NCBI GenBank assembly: GCA_965277805.1
Contig: OZ255842.1
Span: 3,712,001-3,776,000, forward strand
Direction: 5' to 3'
DNA from: Candidatus Lustribacter sp.
GTDB lineage: Bacteria; Vulcanimicrobiota; Vulcanimicrobiia; Vulcanimicrobiales; Vulcanimicrobiaceae
Length of the DNA stretch: 64,000 nucleotides
Both the position numbers and the translations under genes were made by a program. A model generated the notes under the pieces. It was given only the letters and a program-made list of their open reading frames with translations, was not told where the DNA came from and searched no databases. Positions 9,318 through 19,010 of this stretch are shown here, in pieces. How positions within the stretch are numbered: the stretch's first letter is position 1; each line of letters starts with the position of its first letter.

Positions 9318-9326
9318 TGGTATGAT
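9318..9326 (+). promoter_or_regulatory. Extended -10 element (TGgTATGAT) upstream of mfd
   Basis: TATGAT at 9321-9326 in an AT-rich gap, 8 nt before GTG 9335; no SD. Confidence 0.45.
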
Positions 9327-9334
9327 GTAAGGCC

Positions 9335-12300
9335 GTGCCTGATGCCGTTTCTGTTTTAGCGCCCTCATTTGTTCGTGCTCTTCCCTCGAGCAGCAGGCCC
9401 CTGGCGGAGCTGATCGACCGGTTACGTACGCCCTCGGACCGGGGGCTGGCGTTCGGCTTGCACGAGACGACGGCGGCGGCGCGGCCGTATTTGCTGGCCG
9501 GGATTCATGGGGCACTCGGCGGGACGATGATGGTCGTCGTGCCGACGGCGGACGTGGCCGAGCGGACTTTTGCCGACCTGACGTACTACCTGGGCGAATC
9601 GGAATCGCGCACCGTGTCGCTCGTGCGCGCGCGCGATGAAGCCGTCGGAGCACTTGACTCGCCGTCGGAACGCAGTGCGCGCATGACGTTGCTGCACGAT
9701 TTGTGCGCGAACCGGCCGCAGATCGTCGTCGTGCCGGTCGCGGCATTGCGGCAGTACGTGATGCCGTGTGACGTGTTCCGGGCGGAGACGCTCGAGCTCG
9801 CCGCCGGTGATGAGCCGGGTTGGGATGCGCTGCAACAGCGTCTCTTCCGGCTTGGGTACACGCGCGTCGACGTCGTGAGCGCGGCCGGCGAGTTCGCAGT
9901 GCGTGGCGGTATTCTCGATGTGTTTCCCGCGACCGCGGATCGCCCGGTGCGACTGGAATTCTTCGGCGATACGCTCGAGTCGTTACGGCCGTTCGACATC
10001 GCTTCGCAACGTTCGGATGATTCGATCGAGCGTATTACGATCGTGCCGTGGCTCGAGATCCTTCGTGACGATGTCCTGCGCGAGAACGTGCTGCGCGGCG
10101 CGACCGGTGAGGCCGGCGTGGTTTCGGCGGTGCGGCAATTTCTCGCCGGCGGCAACGACGTGCCGGAGCCGTGGCTCGGTCTGGCGTACAGCGAACGCAC
10201 GACGCTGCTCGATTATCTCGACGCGCGCGCGGTCGTCGTGCTCGAAGAACCCGGCATGCTCGCGACGATCGACCGAGGGCTCGAAGACGAGCACTCGCGC
10301 GCGACCAACGTGTTGCTGGCCGGCGTCGAATCGGGCGAACTCGACGTGAGCACGGACGAAGTCGGCGAGGCGCTCGTTGCAGATCTCGCGTTTCCGTATC
10401 CGCGGCTCGCCTCGCATCGCGATGCGCTCGCCGCGCGGCGCGTGCTGGTGGTCACGGGCGGTATCGAGACCGGCGACCTGCCGTGGCTGCCGAGCATCGT
10501 CGAAGGGTACGCGCAAGAGACCCATCCTGGCGAGTTGTTCAGCAGGCAAATCGAACGTTTTCTCGAGGCGGTGCGCGGGTGGATCGCCGCGGGCGACACG
10601 GTGCTGCTCGTTGTTAACGGCGCTTCGCGACTGACCGAGATTTTGCGCGCGGCGGACATCTCCGTCGAGCGCACCGCCAACTTCGTGCATCTGCGTGCAA
10701 CGGGAACCGACGGCGTAGCGATGGGGTCGCGCAGCGGCTCCGTCTTTGTCGACACCGGCTCGCTCGAGGCGGGGTTCTCGATTCCGGGATTGCGGCTGCA
10801 CGTGCTCGGGGATCGCGAGATTTTTGGGCAGCCGGCGAAGCGGGTCAAGCTGCGCGCGATCAAGGAAGGCGTGCCGGTTACGCTGGCCGATCTGAAGGTC
10901 GGCGATTACGTGGTGCACGCGGTGCACGGCATCGGGCAGTATCTCGGGCTGCGCACGGAGACGATCCTCGGCGCCATCGGCGACTACATGGACTTGAAGT
11001 ACGCCGGCACCGATCGCATGCTCGTGCCGGTGCATCAGATGCATCAAGTGACGAAGTACGGCGCGCACGAAGGCGCGGCGCCGAAACTCAGCAAGATGGG
11101 CGGGGCCGATTGGGCCCGCACCAAAGGCCGCGTTTCGGAAGCGCTCTCGAAGATCGCCGACGGCCTCGTCGAGTTGTATGCCGAGCGCGAGAGCTCGCCC
11201 GGCCACGCGTTCGGGCCCGACACGCCGTGGCAAGCCGAACTCGAGGAAGCGTTCCCCTACGATCCGACGCCCGATCAAGCGAAGGCGATCGACGAGACGA
11301 AGGCCGATATGGAACGTCCGCGGCCGATGGACCGCCTCGTCTGCGGCGATGTCGGCTACGGCAAAACTGAAGTTGCCGTACGCGCGGCGTTCAAGGCGAT
11401 CGCCGACAAGAAGCAAGTCGCGATCCTCGTGCCGACCACGCTCTTGGCCTCACAGCACCATCGCACGTTCACGGCCCGCTTCGCGTCCTATCCCGTGCGC
11501 ATCGAAGAGCTCTCGCGTTTCAAGACGAAAAAAGAACAGCAGGCGACGCTGGCCGCGCTCGCCGATGGCAAAGTCGACGTCGTCGTCGGGACGCACCGGC
11601 TGTTGCAGAAAGACGTCGTCTTCCGCGACCTCGGGCTCATCATCGTCGATGAAGAGCAGCGCTTCGGCGTGATGCACAAGGAGCGGCTCAAGCAGATGCG
11701 CGCCACGGTCGACGTGCTCACGCTCTCGGCCACGCCGATACCGCGCACCCTGCAGATGTCGCTGATGGGCGTGCGCGATCTCTCGCTGATCCGCACCGCA
11801 CCGCGCAATCGCATGTCGATCAAGACCGTCGTCGTGCCGCAGTCGGACGCGATCGTGCAGCACGCGATTACCGCCGAGCTCGATCGCGGCGGCCAGGTGT
11901 ACTACGTTCACAATCGCATCGAGTCGATCTACGGCGTGGCGCGCGCGCTCGAACAGCTCGTCCCGAAGGCGCGCATCGCGGTCGGTCACGGCCAGATGCA
12001 CGAACACGAGCTCGAGCCGATCATGTCGAAGTTCATCGACGGCGAGATCGACGTGTTCGTCTCGACGACGATCATCGAGAACGGCATCGACATTCCCAAC
12101 GTCAACACGATCATCGTGCACGATGCCGACAAGTTCGGGCTCGCGCAGCTCTATCAGTTGCGCGGACGGGTCGGCCGCTCGAACCACCAGGCCTATGCGT
12201 TCTTGCTCTATCAAGCGCACAAGGCGCTCAGCGAGGATGCGAAGGCGCGGCTCGAAGCAATCCGCGAGTTCACCCACCTCGGCTCGGGCTTGCAGATCGC

Positions 12301-12886
12301 GATGCGCGACCTCGAGATTCGCGGCGCGGGCAACTTGCTCGGCGCGGCGCAGTCGGGCTTCATCGGCGCCGTCGGCTTCGAGACGTACGCGCAACTGCTG
12401 GCCGAAGCGATTACCGCGCGCAAGGGCGCGCAAGCGGTCACCGATGCGCGCGAGACCGTGATCGACGTGAAGCTCGATGCGTTCGTGCCCAACGACTACA
12501 TCCCGCAGGTCTCGCAAAAGATCGCCGTCTATCAGCAGCTGGCCGCCGCGCGCACGCTCGACGGCGTGGAAGACATCGTCGCCAGCGTACGCGACCGCTT
12601 CGGGCCGCTGCCCCAACCGTTCGAGAACCTGGCGGAGATCACGCGCTTGCGCGTGCTGGCGCTGCAGGCCGGCGTGACGCGCGTGGTGATCAACGAACAG
12701 CGGCTCACGCTCGGTGTCGGCACCGGGTTCGTGCTCGATCCGGCGGCGATTCCGCGGCTGCAATCGATCACGAAGAACAAGTTCCGCTTCGGCGAGGGGA
12801 AGATCACGATCGACTTACCGGCCCGCAGCGCGGCCGAACAACTGCCCACGCTGCACGCGCTGCTGAACACGCTGAGCCCGGTATGA
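9335..12886 (+). CDS. mfd: Transcription-repair coupling factor
   Basis: UvrB-homology FAVRGGILDVFP, RID GDYVVH..HGIG, GDVGYGKT, DEEQRFGV, QLRGRVGR, DLEIRGAGNLLG. Confidence 0.97.
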   Translation: MPDAVSVLAPSFVRALPSSSRPLAELIDRLRTPSDRGLAFGLHETTAAARPYLLAGIHGALGGTMMVVVPTADVAERTFADLTYYLGESESRTVSLVRARDEAVGALDSPSERSARMTLLHDLCANRPQIVVVPVAALRQYVMPCDVFRAETLELAAGDEPGWDALQQRLFRLGYTRVDVVSAAGEFAVRGGILDVFPATADRPVRLEFFGDTLESLRPFDIASQRSDDSIERITIVPWLEILRDDVLRENVLRGATGEAGVVSAVRQFLAGGNDVPEPWLGLAYSERTTLLDYLDARAVVVLEEPGMLATIDRGLEDEHSRATNVLLAGVESGELDVSTDEVGEALVADLAFPYPRLASHRDALAARRVLVVTGGIETGDLPWLPSIVEGYAQETHPGELFSRQIERFLEAVRGWIAAGDTVLLVVNGASRLTEILRAADISVERTANFVHLRATGTDGVAMGSRSGSVFVDTGSLEAGFSIPGLRLHVLGDREIFGQPAKRVKLRAIKEGVPVTLADLKVGDYVVHAVHGIGQYLGLRTETILGAIGDYMDLKYAGTDRMLVPVHQMHQVTKYGAHEGAAPKLSKMGGADWARTKGRVSEALSKIADGLVELYAERESSPGHAFGPDTPWQAELEEAFPYDPTPDQAKAIDETKADMERPRPMDRLVCGDVGYGKTEVAVRAAFKAIADKKQVAILVPTTLLASQHHRTFTARFASYPVRIEELSRFKTKKEQQATLAALADGKVDVVVGTHRLLQKDVVFRDLGLIIVDEEQRFGVMHKERLKQMRATVDVLTLSATPIPRTLQMSLMGVRDLSLIRTAPRNRMSIKTVVVPQSDAIVQHAITAELDRGGQVYYVHNRIESIYGVARALEQLVPKARIAVGHGQMHEHELEPIMSKFIDGEIDVFVSTTIIENGIDIPNVNTIIVHDADKFGLAQLYQLRGRVGRSNHQAYAFLLYQAHKALSEDAKARLEAIREFTHLGSGLQIAMRDLEIRGAGNLLGAAQSGFIGAVGFETYAQLLAEAITARKGAQAVTDARETVIDVKLDAFVPNDYIPQVSQKIAVYQQLAAARTLDGVEDIVASVRDRFGPLPQPFENLAEITRLRVLALQAGVTRVVINEQRLTLGVGTGFVLDPAAIPRLQSITKNKFRFGEGKITIDLPARSAAEQLPTLHALLNTLSPV

Positions 12887-13410
12887 GCGATAGCGTCACC
12901 TCGCACGCCGACGAAGCAATCGATGCCATCGCCGATCTCGAGCGCGAAGCGCAGGAAGCGACGTCGCGCCACCACCGCTGGATTCAGCGCGTCACGAGCC
13001 GCATCGGCCGGCCGCTGACGTTCTACATCGTGGTCACGTTCGTCGTGCTCTGGATGGTGTCGAATATCGTCGTCTTGCGCACGAGCGGGCACACGTTCGA
13101 TCCGCCGCCGTTTTCGTGGCTGCAAGGAATGGTTTCGCTGAGCGGGTTGCTCGTCGCGATCCTCATCTTGACTACCGCTAACCGTGTGGCGCAAATCGAT
13201 TCCTCGCGTGACAAGCTCGATTTGCAGATCAACTTGCTCAACGAGCGGCGCACAGCAAAGTTGATCCGCATGCTCGACGAATTGCGGCGCGATTCACCGC
13301 AGGTTCCCACGCACAACGATCCCGAAGTGCAGCAATTGAGCGAACATACCGACACGCAAGAAGTCGCGCGCGCGATCGAAGAGCGCACGCCGGCGCGTCC
13401 GGGAACGTAA
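12883..13410 (+). CDS. DUF1003 membrane protein
   Basis: Two TM helices flanking FDPPPF; DLQINLLNE motif. Confidence 0.75.
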   Translation: MSDSVTSHADEAIDAIADLEREAQEATSRHHRWIQRVTSRIGRPLTFYIVVTFVVLWMVSNIVVLRTSGHTFDPPPFSWLQGMVSLSGLLVAILILTTANRVAQIDSSRDKLDLQINLLNERRTAKLIRMLDELRRDSPQVPTHNDPEVQQLSEHTDTQEVARAIEERTPARPGT

Positions 13411-13421
13411 CAGGAGCACCG

Positions 13422-14273
13422 ATGGCCGCCGAACCCACCAACGAGTCGACCCTGCGCATCGTCCAAACGAAAGAATGGAAGATCCAGATCAACGAAGCCG
13501 GCAGCGGCTATCCGATCATCATGCTGCACGGCTCGGGACCCGGCGCCACGGGCTGGACGAATTTCGGCCCCAACATCATCGCGCTCTCGAAAAAGTACCG
13601 CGTGATCGCGGTAACGCTGCCGGGCTGGGGCCAATCTTCGGAGATCGAACCCGGCAAGGAACCGCTGCGCAAGACCAACGCGCGCGCGGTGAAGCTGCTG
13701 ATGGACGAATTCGGCATCGACAAAGCGGCGGTCGTCGGCAACTCGATGGGCGGGGGGGCCGTGCAGCAATTCCTCACCGATTTCCCCGAACGCCTCTCGC
13801 ACTTCGTGACGATGGGCACGGGCGGGCCGGGCGTGAACTTGCTCGTCCCCGGCGGCTTCACCGAAGGAATCCGCATCCTCAACGAAACCTACGCCGATCC
13901 TTCGCCCGAAAACATTCGCCGGCTCGTGCGCATCATGGTCTACGACTCATCGTTCGTCACCGACGAATTGTGCAATCTGCGCTCGCAGGCCGCGCTTGCG
14001 AACCCGCAGCACCTCAAGAACTTCTTGAACCCCAAGAAGGACGGCACGGTTCAGGGCGACGACATCGTTGCCGCCCTGACGAACACGAAGACGCCCGCGC
14101 TGCTCGTGCATGGGCGCGACGACCGCACCGTTCCGCTGGAAGGTTCGATGCGGCTAAACGCGATGATCCCCGACTCGCGCCTGCTGGTCTTCAACCGCTG
14201 CGGTCACTGGGCACAGCTCGAGCACGCAGACGAATTCAACCAGCTCCTGGATGGGTTTATTTCGAGCCGTTAA
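13422..14273 (+). CDS. Meta-cleavage-product (C-C) hydrolase, BphD/HsaD/MhpC-like alpha/beta hydrolase
   Basis: HGSGPGATGWTNF, GNSMGG nucleophile elbow, HGRDD, CGHWAQLEH. Confidence 0.85.
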   Translation: MAAEPTNESTLRIVQTKEWKIQINEAGSGYPIIMLHGSGPGATGWTNFGPNIIALSKKYRVIAVTLPGWGQSSEIEPGKEPLRKTNARAVKLLMDEFGIDKAAVVGNSMGGGAVQQFLTDFPERLSHFVTMGTGGPGVNLLVPGGFTEGIRILNETYADPSPENIRRLVRIMVYDSSFVTDELCNLRSQAALANPQHLKNFLNPKKDGTVQGDDIVAALTNTKTPALLVHGRDDRTVPLEGSMRLNAMIPDSRLLVFNRCGHWAQLEHADEFNQLLDGFISSR

Positions 14274-16224
14274 CCACCGGCTCGAAGCGTTCGTGGTGGC
14301 TTCGGAATGAGCCGAGGCCTTGGGTGGCGGTTCGGAGTTCGGTGATGTAGTGGGCGAGTTCGGCTTGCGGCACGAGCGCCGAGACCTGGTAGAACGCCGC
14401 ATCTTCGGAGGGGCCGAAGGATTGCACGACGCCGCGCTTGGCCGTGAGCTGCGAGACCGTAGCCGACGCGAACGGTTCGGGCACGCGCACCTCGATCGCG
14501 GTGATCGGCTCGAGCACGCGCACGCCGCACTTCGGCAGCGCATCGCGCATCGCCATCGCGGCGGCCGTTTTGAACGACGCCTCGCTCGAATCGACGGCGT
14601 GGAACGAGCCGTCGTAGAGCGTGACGTGCAGATCGGTCACCGGATAGCCGTTCGGTCCGCGCAAGAGCGCTTCGCGCACGCCTTTTTCCACCGCCGGAAA
14701 GAACTGGCGCGGTACGGCGCCGCCGACGACCTTCTCCTCGAACGAGACACCGTGACCGCGTTCGCGCGGCTCGATGCGCAGCCGGACCTCGCCGAACTGG
14801 CCGTGGCCGCCGGTCTGATGTTTGTAGCGCGCGTGCGCTTCCGTGCCCGCCGTGATCGTTTCACGATATGCGATCTGCGGCTCGCGCGTCTGCACGGCCA
14901 CGTGATACTTGCGTTCGAGGCGCTCGGCCGCAACCGCGACGTGGACTTCGCCGCAGCCGCAGAGTTCGAGCTCGTTCGTGAACTCGGCGCGCATCAGCCG
15001 CAATGCCGGATCTTCGTCGATCAGGCGCGCGAGCATCTGCGAGAGCTTCGCTTCATCGAGCCGGTCCTTCGGTGCGATCGCAACCGCGAAAACCGGATCC
15101 GGCAGATCGAGCGACGGCATCTTCGTGTGCGCGCCGCCGGTCGTCAGCGTGTCGAGTGTCTGCACGTTTTCCAAGCGCGAGAGCGCGACGATTTCTCCGG
15201 GTCCCGCGCTCGTGACCGGCTCTTGCTTCTTTCCTTGCAGACGGTAGATGCCGCCGGGGCGCGATTGCACGCCCGGGCGCGATGTATCGGTGAGAACGGA
15301 ATCGTTGGTCAACGTGCCGCTGAAAATGCGCACGACCGATAGCTTGCCCGATTGCGGGTGGATGACGGTCTTGCACACTTGTGCCACGAGCGGACCGCCG
15401 GGCTTCGCTTCGATCGTGCGTCCGTCGGCGTCGGTGCGTTCGACGTCGAGCGGTGAGGGAAACTGTTCGGCGATCGTGGCGATCAGTTCGCTGATGCCGA
15501 TGCCGCGCGCGGCGGAGCCGTAGAGCACGGGCACGATTTGATCGCGCGCGTACTCGTCGTGCAAGTCTTTGCGCACTTCATCGAGCGGCGGTTCGACCCC
15601 CTCGAGCAATTCTTCGAGCAGATGATCGTCGAAGTCGCCGAGCGCTTCGAGCAATTTGCCGTGCGCATCGGCGACATCGCCCGCCCCGGCAGTTGCGGCG
15701 ACGACGTCGACGACGCCGCTGAACGCATCGCCTTCGCCGAGGGGAACTTGTTCGGCAACGACGTGCATGCCGTATGCTGCGACGAGCGCTTGCAGCGTCG
15801 CCGCGGGTTGCGCGCCGGGGCGGTCCATCTTGTTGATAAAAAATAAATGCGGCATGCGCCGCGATTCGAGAAAGTTGACCAGTGCGCGCGTTTGCGCGAT
15901 GTGGTTGGGATCGGCGTCGATGACGACGACCGCCGCATCCGCCGCGAGCAGCGCGATCTTGGATTCTTCGAGAAAGTCGACGAAGCCGGGCGCGTCGATC
16001 AGCATGAGATCGATGTCGCCGCAAGCGGTGTGTGCGAAGCCGACGCACGTGGATTGCGCGTGACCGATGCACTCGGGTTCGAAGTCGGTGGTGGTGGTGC
16101 CGTCGGCAACCGAGCCGCGGCGCGGGATGGCCCCGCAGTGGTGGAGGATCGCTTCCGTCAAGGTCGTCTTGCCCGCGTGGTGCAGGCCGACGACCGCGAG
16201 GTTCCTCCGGCGCGAAATATCCAT
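14257..16224 (-). CDS. Elongation factor G paralog (EF-G II type)
   Basis: GLHHAGKTT, DAPGF, NKMD, YRETI, HQTGGHGQFG, DGSFHAVDSSE; AGGAG RBS. Confidence 0.9.
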   Translation of the reverse strand: MDISRRRNLAVVGLHHAGKTTLTEAILHHCGAIPRRGSVADGTTTTDFEPECIGHAQSTCVGFAHTACGDIDLMLIDAPGFVDFLEESKIALLAADAAVVVIDADPNHIAQTRALVNFLESRRMPHLFFINKMDRPGAQPAATLQALVAAYGMHVVAEQVPLGEGDAFSGVVDVVAATAGAGDVADAHGKLLEALGDFDDHLLEELLEGVEPPLDEVRKDLHDEYARDQIVPVLYGSAARGIGISELIATIAEQFPSPLDVERTDADGRTIEAKPGGPLVAQVCKTVIHPQSGKLSVVRIFSGTLTNDSVLTDTSRPGVQSRPGGIYRLQGKKQEPVTSAGPGEIVALSRLENVQTLDTLTTGGAHTKMPSLDLPDPVFAVAIAPKDRLDEAKLSQMLARLIDEDPALRLMRAEFTNELELCGCGEVHVAVAAERLERKYHVAVQTREPQIAYRETITAGTEAHARYKHQTGGHGQFGEVRLRIEPRERGHGVSFEEKVVGGAVPRQFFPAVEKGVREALLRGPNGYPVTDLHVTLYDGSFHAVDSSEASFKTAAAMAMRDALPKCGVRVLEPITAIEVRVPEPFASATVSQLTAKRGVVQSFGPSEDAAFYQVSALVPQAELAHYITELRTATQGLGSFRSHHERFEPVVNGSK

Positions 16225-16283
16225 TTCAACGCTCCTACCGTAGTCCGAGGGACCACCCCAATTCCCCACCCAAAATCGGGCTC

Positions 16284-17870
16284 CTACACCAGGCGTGTTT
16301 CGGCGAGATCTAGGTCGTATTGGACTTTGCGGAAGATGTCGTCGGGGATGCGGCCTTCGTCGCGCAGGCGCATGATCTCGTGGCGTTCGGCGGCGATCGC
16401 CTGCTCTTGGATTTTGTGGTCGAAGAGGCTCTCTTCGCTCTCCTCGTCGTGGCCGGGCGTGATGTGGCGGCCGAGGTGGTCGATGCGGTTGCGGTATTCG
16501 GCGATCGCGCGCTGCACGGGCTCGCGTTCCGCATCCTGGTTCGCGCTTTCGGCCAGCGCTTCGAGCCGTTTCAAGCCCGCTTCGAGCGCCTTGATGCGCA
16601 CTTGCGCTTCATACGCAGCGCTGTCTTCGCCGGCTTCCAGCTTCAGCCAGCGCAAGAGCGGAAAGAGCGACAGTCCCTGGCCGACCAGCGTAATGACGAT
16701 CACGCAGAACGTGATGAAGATGATCGCCGCGCGTTGCGGAAACGGGCCGCCGTGCGCATCGCGCAGCGGCAGCGCGAGCGCGGCCGCCAGCGAAACGATG
16801 CCGCGCAGTCCCGTCCAGCCGATGACCGTGATCCACTTCCATTGCGCGGGATCGCGACTGCGTTCGCCCGGACGGAACGCGCGCGGAATATAGGCTTGCG
16901 CGAACGCCCACGCCATGCGCAGCACGATCAGCATCAACGAGAGCCACAGCGCGAGCGGCAACCATTGCGAGACGATCGAACCGTCGCTGATGATGTCGCG
17001 CAGTTCGAGCCCGATAAGCAAGAACACGAGCGCGTTGAGCAAGTAGATCAGGATGTTCCAGACGGCGCCCGAGACGAGGCGCGTTTCGGGACTCGCGTAG
17101 ATCGAGCTGCGGCGGCCGAGAATGATGCCGATCGTGACCGTTGCCAGCACGCCCGAACCCCCGAGCGCCTCGGCGCTAAGGTAGCTCACGTAAGGCGCGA
17201 TCAGCACGATGAGCGTATCGATCTGCGTGTCGCTGATGTCGAGCCGGCGCAAGAGACGCAGCAGCCCCTCGGCCGCGAACGCCAGCGCAACGCCGACCCC
17301 CGTTCCCACGACGACGACGATCACGAACGTCATCGACGCGCGCGGCAGCGAGAAGCGTCCGAGCACGGCGGCGACCACGGCGAACCGGTAGATCACGAGC
17401 GCCGTCCCGTCGTTGAGCAGCCCTTCCCCGTCCAAAATCGCCACGACGCGGCGCGGCACGCCGAAGCGCTCGAAGACGGCCGAGGCGGCAACGGCGTCCG
17501 GCGGCGAGACGATTGCCCCCAGCACGAACGCGCTCGCCCACCCGAATCCCGGTGCGAGCCACTCGACCATCGCCGCCACCGCGAGGGTGCTGGCGATGAC
17601 GAGGCCGACCGCGAGCAAGATAACCGGGCGGATGTTCTTCTTGAGCAGGCCCCAGTCGGTCACCCAGCCGCCGTGGAAAAGCAACGGCGGCAAGACCGTA
17701 TAGAAGATCCATTCGGGGGCGACGTTCACGTGCGGGAGGCCCGGCACGAAGGCGATCGCCGACCCGCCGATCACGAAAACGATCGGGTAGGGCAGCTTGA
17801 GCCATTTGGCAAGCACGGCCAGCGGCGCGATCGCCGCCAGCGTGGCAAACAGCAGGATCGGCGCGCTCAT
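16284..17870 (-). CDS. Na+/H+ antiporter, CPA1 family
   Basis: LPPLLF, GAIVSPPDAVA, GEGLLNDG, GLRGIVSLAAAL, DLDLAE. Confidence 0.92.
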   Translation of the reverse strand: MSAPILLFATLAAIAPLAVLAKWLKLPYPIVFVIGGSAIAFVPGLPHVNVAPEWIFYTVLPPLLFHGGWVTDWGLLKKNIRPVILLAVGLVIASTLAVAAMVEWLAPGFGWASAFVLGAIVSPPDAVAASAVFERFGVPRRVVAILDGEGLLNDGTALVIYRFAVVAAVLGRFSLPRASMTFVIVVVVGTGVGVALAFAAEGLLRLLRRLDISDTQIDTLIVLIAPYVSYLSAEALGGSGVLATVTIGIILGRRSSIYASPETRLVSGAVWNILIYLLNALVFLLIGLELRDIISDGSIVSQWLPLALWLSLMLIVLRMAWAFAQAYIPRAFRPGERSRDPAQWKWITVIGWTGLRGIVSLAAALALPLRDAHGGPFPQRAAIIFITFCVIVITLVGQGLSLFPLLRWLKLEAGEDSAAYEAQVRIKALEAGLKRLEALAESANQDAEREPVQRAIAEYRNRIDHLGRHITPGHDEESEESLFDHKIQEQAIAAERHEIMRLRDEGRIPDDIFRKVQYDLDLAETRLV

Positions 17871-17937
17871 CCCATCGCCCGTTTCCCGCATGCCCACGGA
17901 GGGCCCCGCCGTATGGGCTTTGAAGCGCTCCTGGTCG

Positions 17938-17964
17938 TGCGGAGCAGCAACGCTCCGCATTTCT
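17938..17964 (+). other. 8-bp GC stem-loop followed by TTTCT in the antiporter/prsA divergent gap
   Basis: TGCGGAGC-AGCAAC-GCTCCGCA-TTTCT; function unknown. Confidence 0.4.
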
Positions 17965-17986
17965 GCGTCAGTCCCCGGGGAGATTT

Positions 17987-18964
17987 ATGTCCAAGCTCAT
18001 TCGAACGGCAGCTGCCGTGGCGACCGCGATCGTCGGCATCACGTTCACCGGCTGCTCCGGCAGCGGCGGTAGCAGCGGCGGCGACATCGCCACCGTCAAC
18101 GATCAGCACATCACCAAGGCCGCTTTCGACAACCGTCTCGAGTCGAGCCCGACGGCGAAGCAAGTCCTCACCCAGCTCGTTCAGCAAGCGCTGATCGACC
18201 AGTACGGTCAGGACCAGAAGATCACGATCCCGCAGGCCGACATCGACAAAAAAGAAGCGGACATCAAGAGCAAGTATCCGCCGGGGCAGTTCGATACGAT
18301 CCTCAAGCAGCAAGGCCTGACCGAATCCGACGTGCAGACGATCCTCAAACAGCAGCTGATCATCGAGAAGGCCGTCGCGCCGATGGTGCACGTCACCGAT
18401 GCCGACGTCGCCGCCTACTTCGCGAAGAACCACGCCACGCTCGACAAGCCGCCGCAGGTGCGCGCGCGCCACATCCTCGTCGCCGACGAGAAGACGGCCG
18501 ACATGATCGAGGGCAAGCTGAAGGCCGGCGGCAATTTCGCCGATCTCGCCAAGCAATATTCGACCGATCCGTCGACCAAAGACAAGGGCGGCGAACTCGG
18601 CTTCTTCGGCGCGGGCCAAATGGTGCCGGCATTCCAGGCAGCGGCGTTCGCGCTGCCGGTCGGCGCCACGTCGGCGCCGGTGAAGTCGCCGTTCGGCTGG
18701 CACATCATTCAGGTTGAAGAGAAGCACCCGGCGATCCACGCGACGCTGGCGGGCTCGAAAGCCCAGATCAAGGACACGCTCACGCAGCAAGCCGAGCAGC
18801 AGCAGATCCCGATCTTCTTGCAGCAGCTGCGCGCGAAGGCGAACATCTCGATCAACGACCCGCGGTTTGCCGACCTCTTCCCGCCGCCGCTGCCTCCGCC
18901 GCCGTCGGCCGCAGCGCCGGCTCCGGCCGCCTCCGCTCCCGCACCGGCCCCCGCAAAGACCTAG
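17987..18964 (+). CDS. prsA: PrsA-like parvulin foldase lipoprotein
   Basis: Lipobox FTGC; VRARHILV, FADLAKQYSTD, GGELG, SPFGWHII. Confidence 0.88.
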   Translation: MSKLIRTAAAVATAIVGITFTGCSGSGGSSGGDIATVNDQHITKAAFDNRLESSPTAKQVLTQLVQQALIDQYGQDQKITIPQADIDKKEADIKSKYPPGQFDTILKQQGLTESDVQTILKQQLIIEKAVAPMVHVTDADVAAYFAKNHATLDKPPQVRARHILVADEKTADMIEGKLKAGGNFADLAKQYSTDPSTKDKGGELGFFGAGQMVPAFQAAAFALPVGATSAPVKSPFGWHIIQVEEKHPAIHATLAGSKAQIKDTLTQQAEQQQIPIFLQQLRAKANISINDPRFADLFPPPLPPPPSAAAPAPAASAPAPAPAKT

Positions 18965-19010
18965 CCCACCGGAGGCCGCCCGCGACCGATTCGGCGAAAG
19001 CGCATGAAGC

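Noticed and set aside
17855-17882. Fluoride riboswitch (GGCGATGG) before the antiporter
   Set aside because: It abuts the start codon and lacks the downstream pairing and conserved 3' elements.
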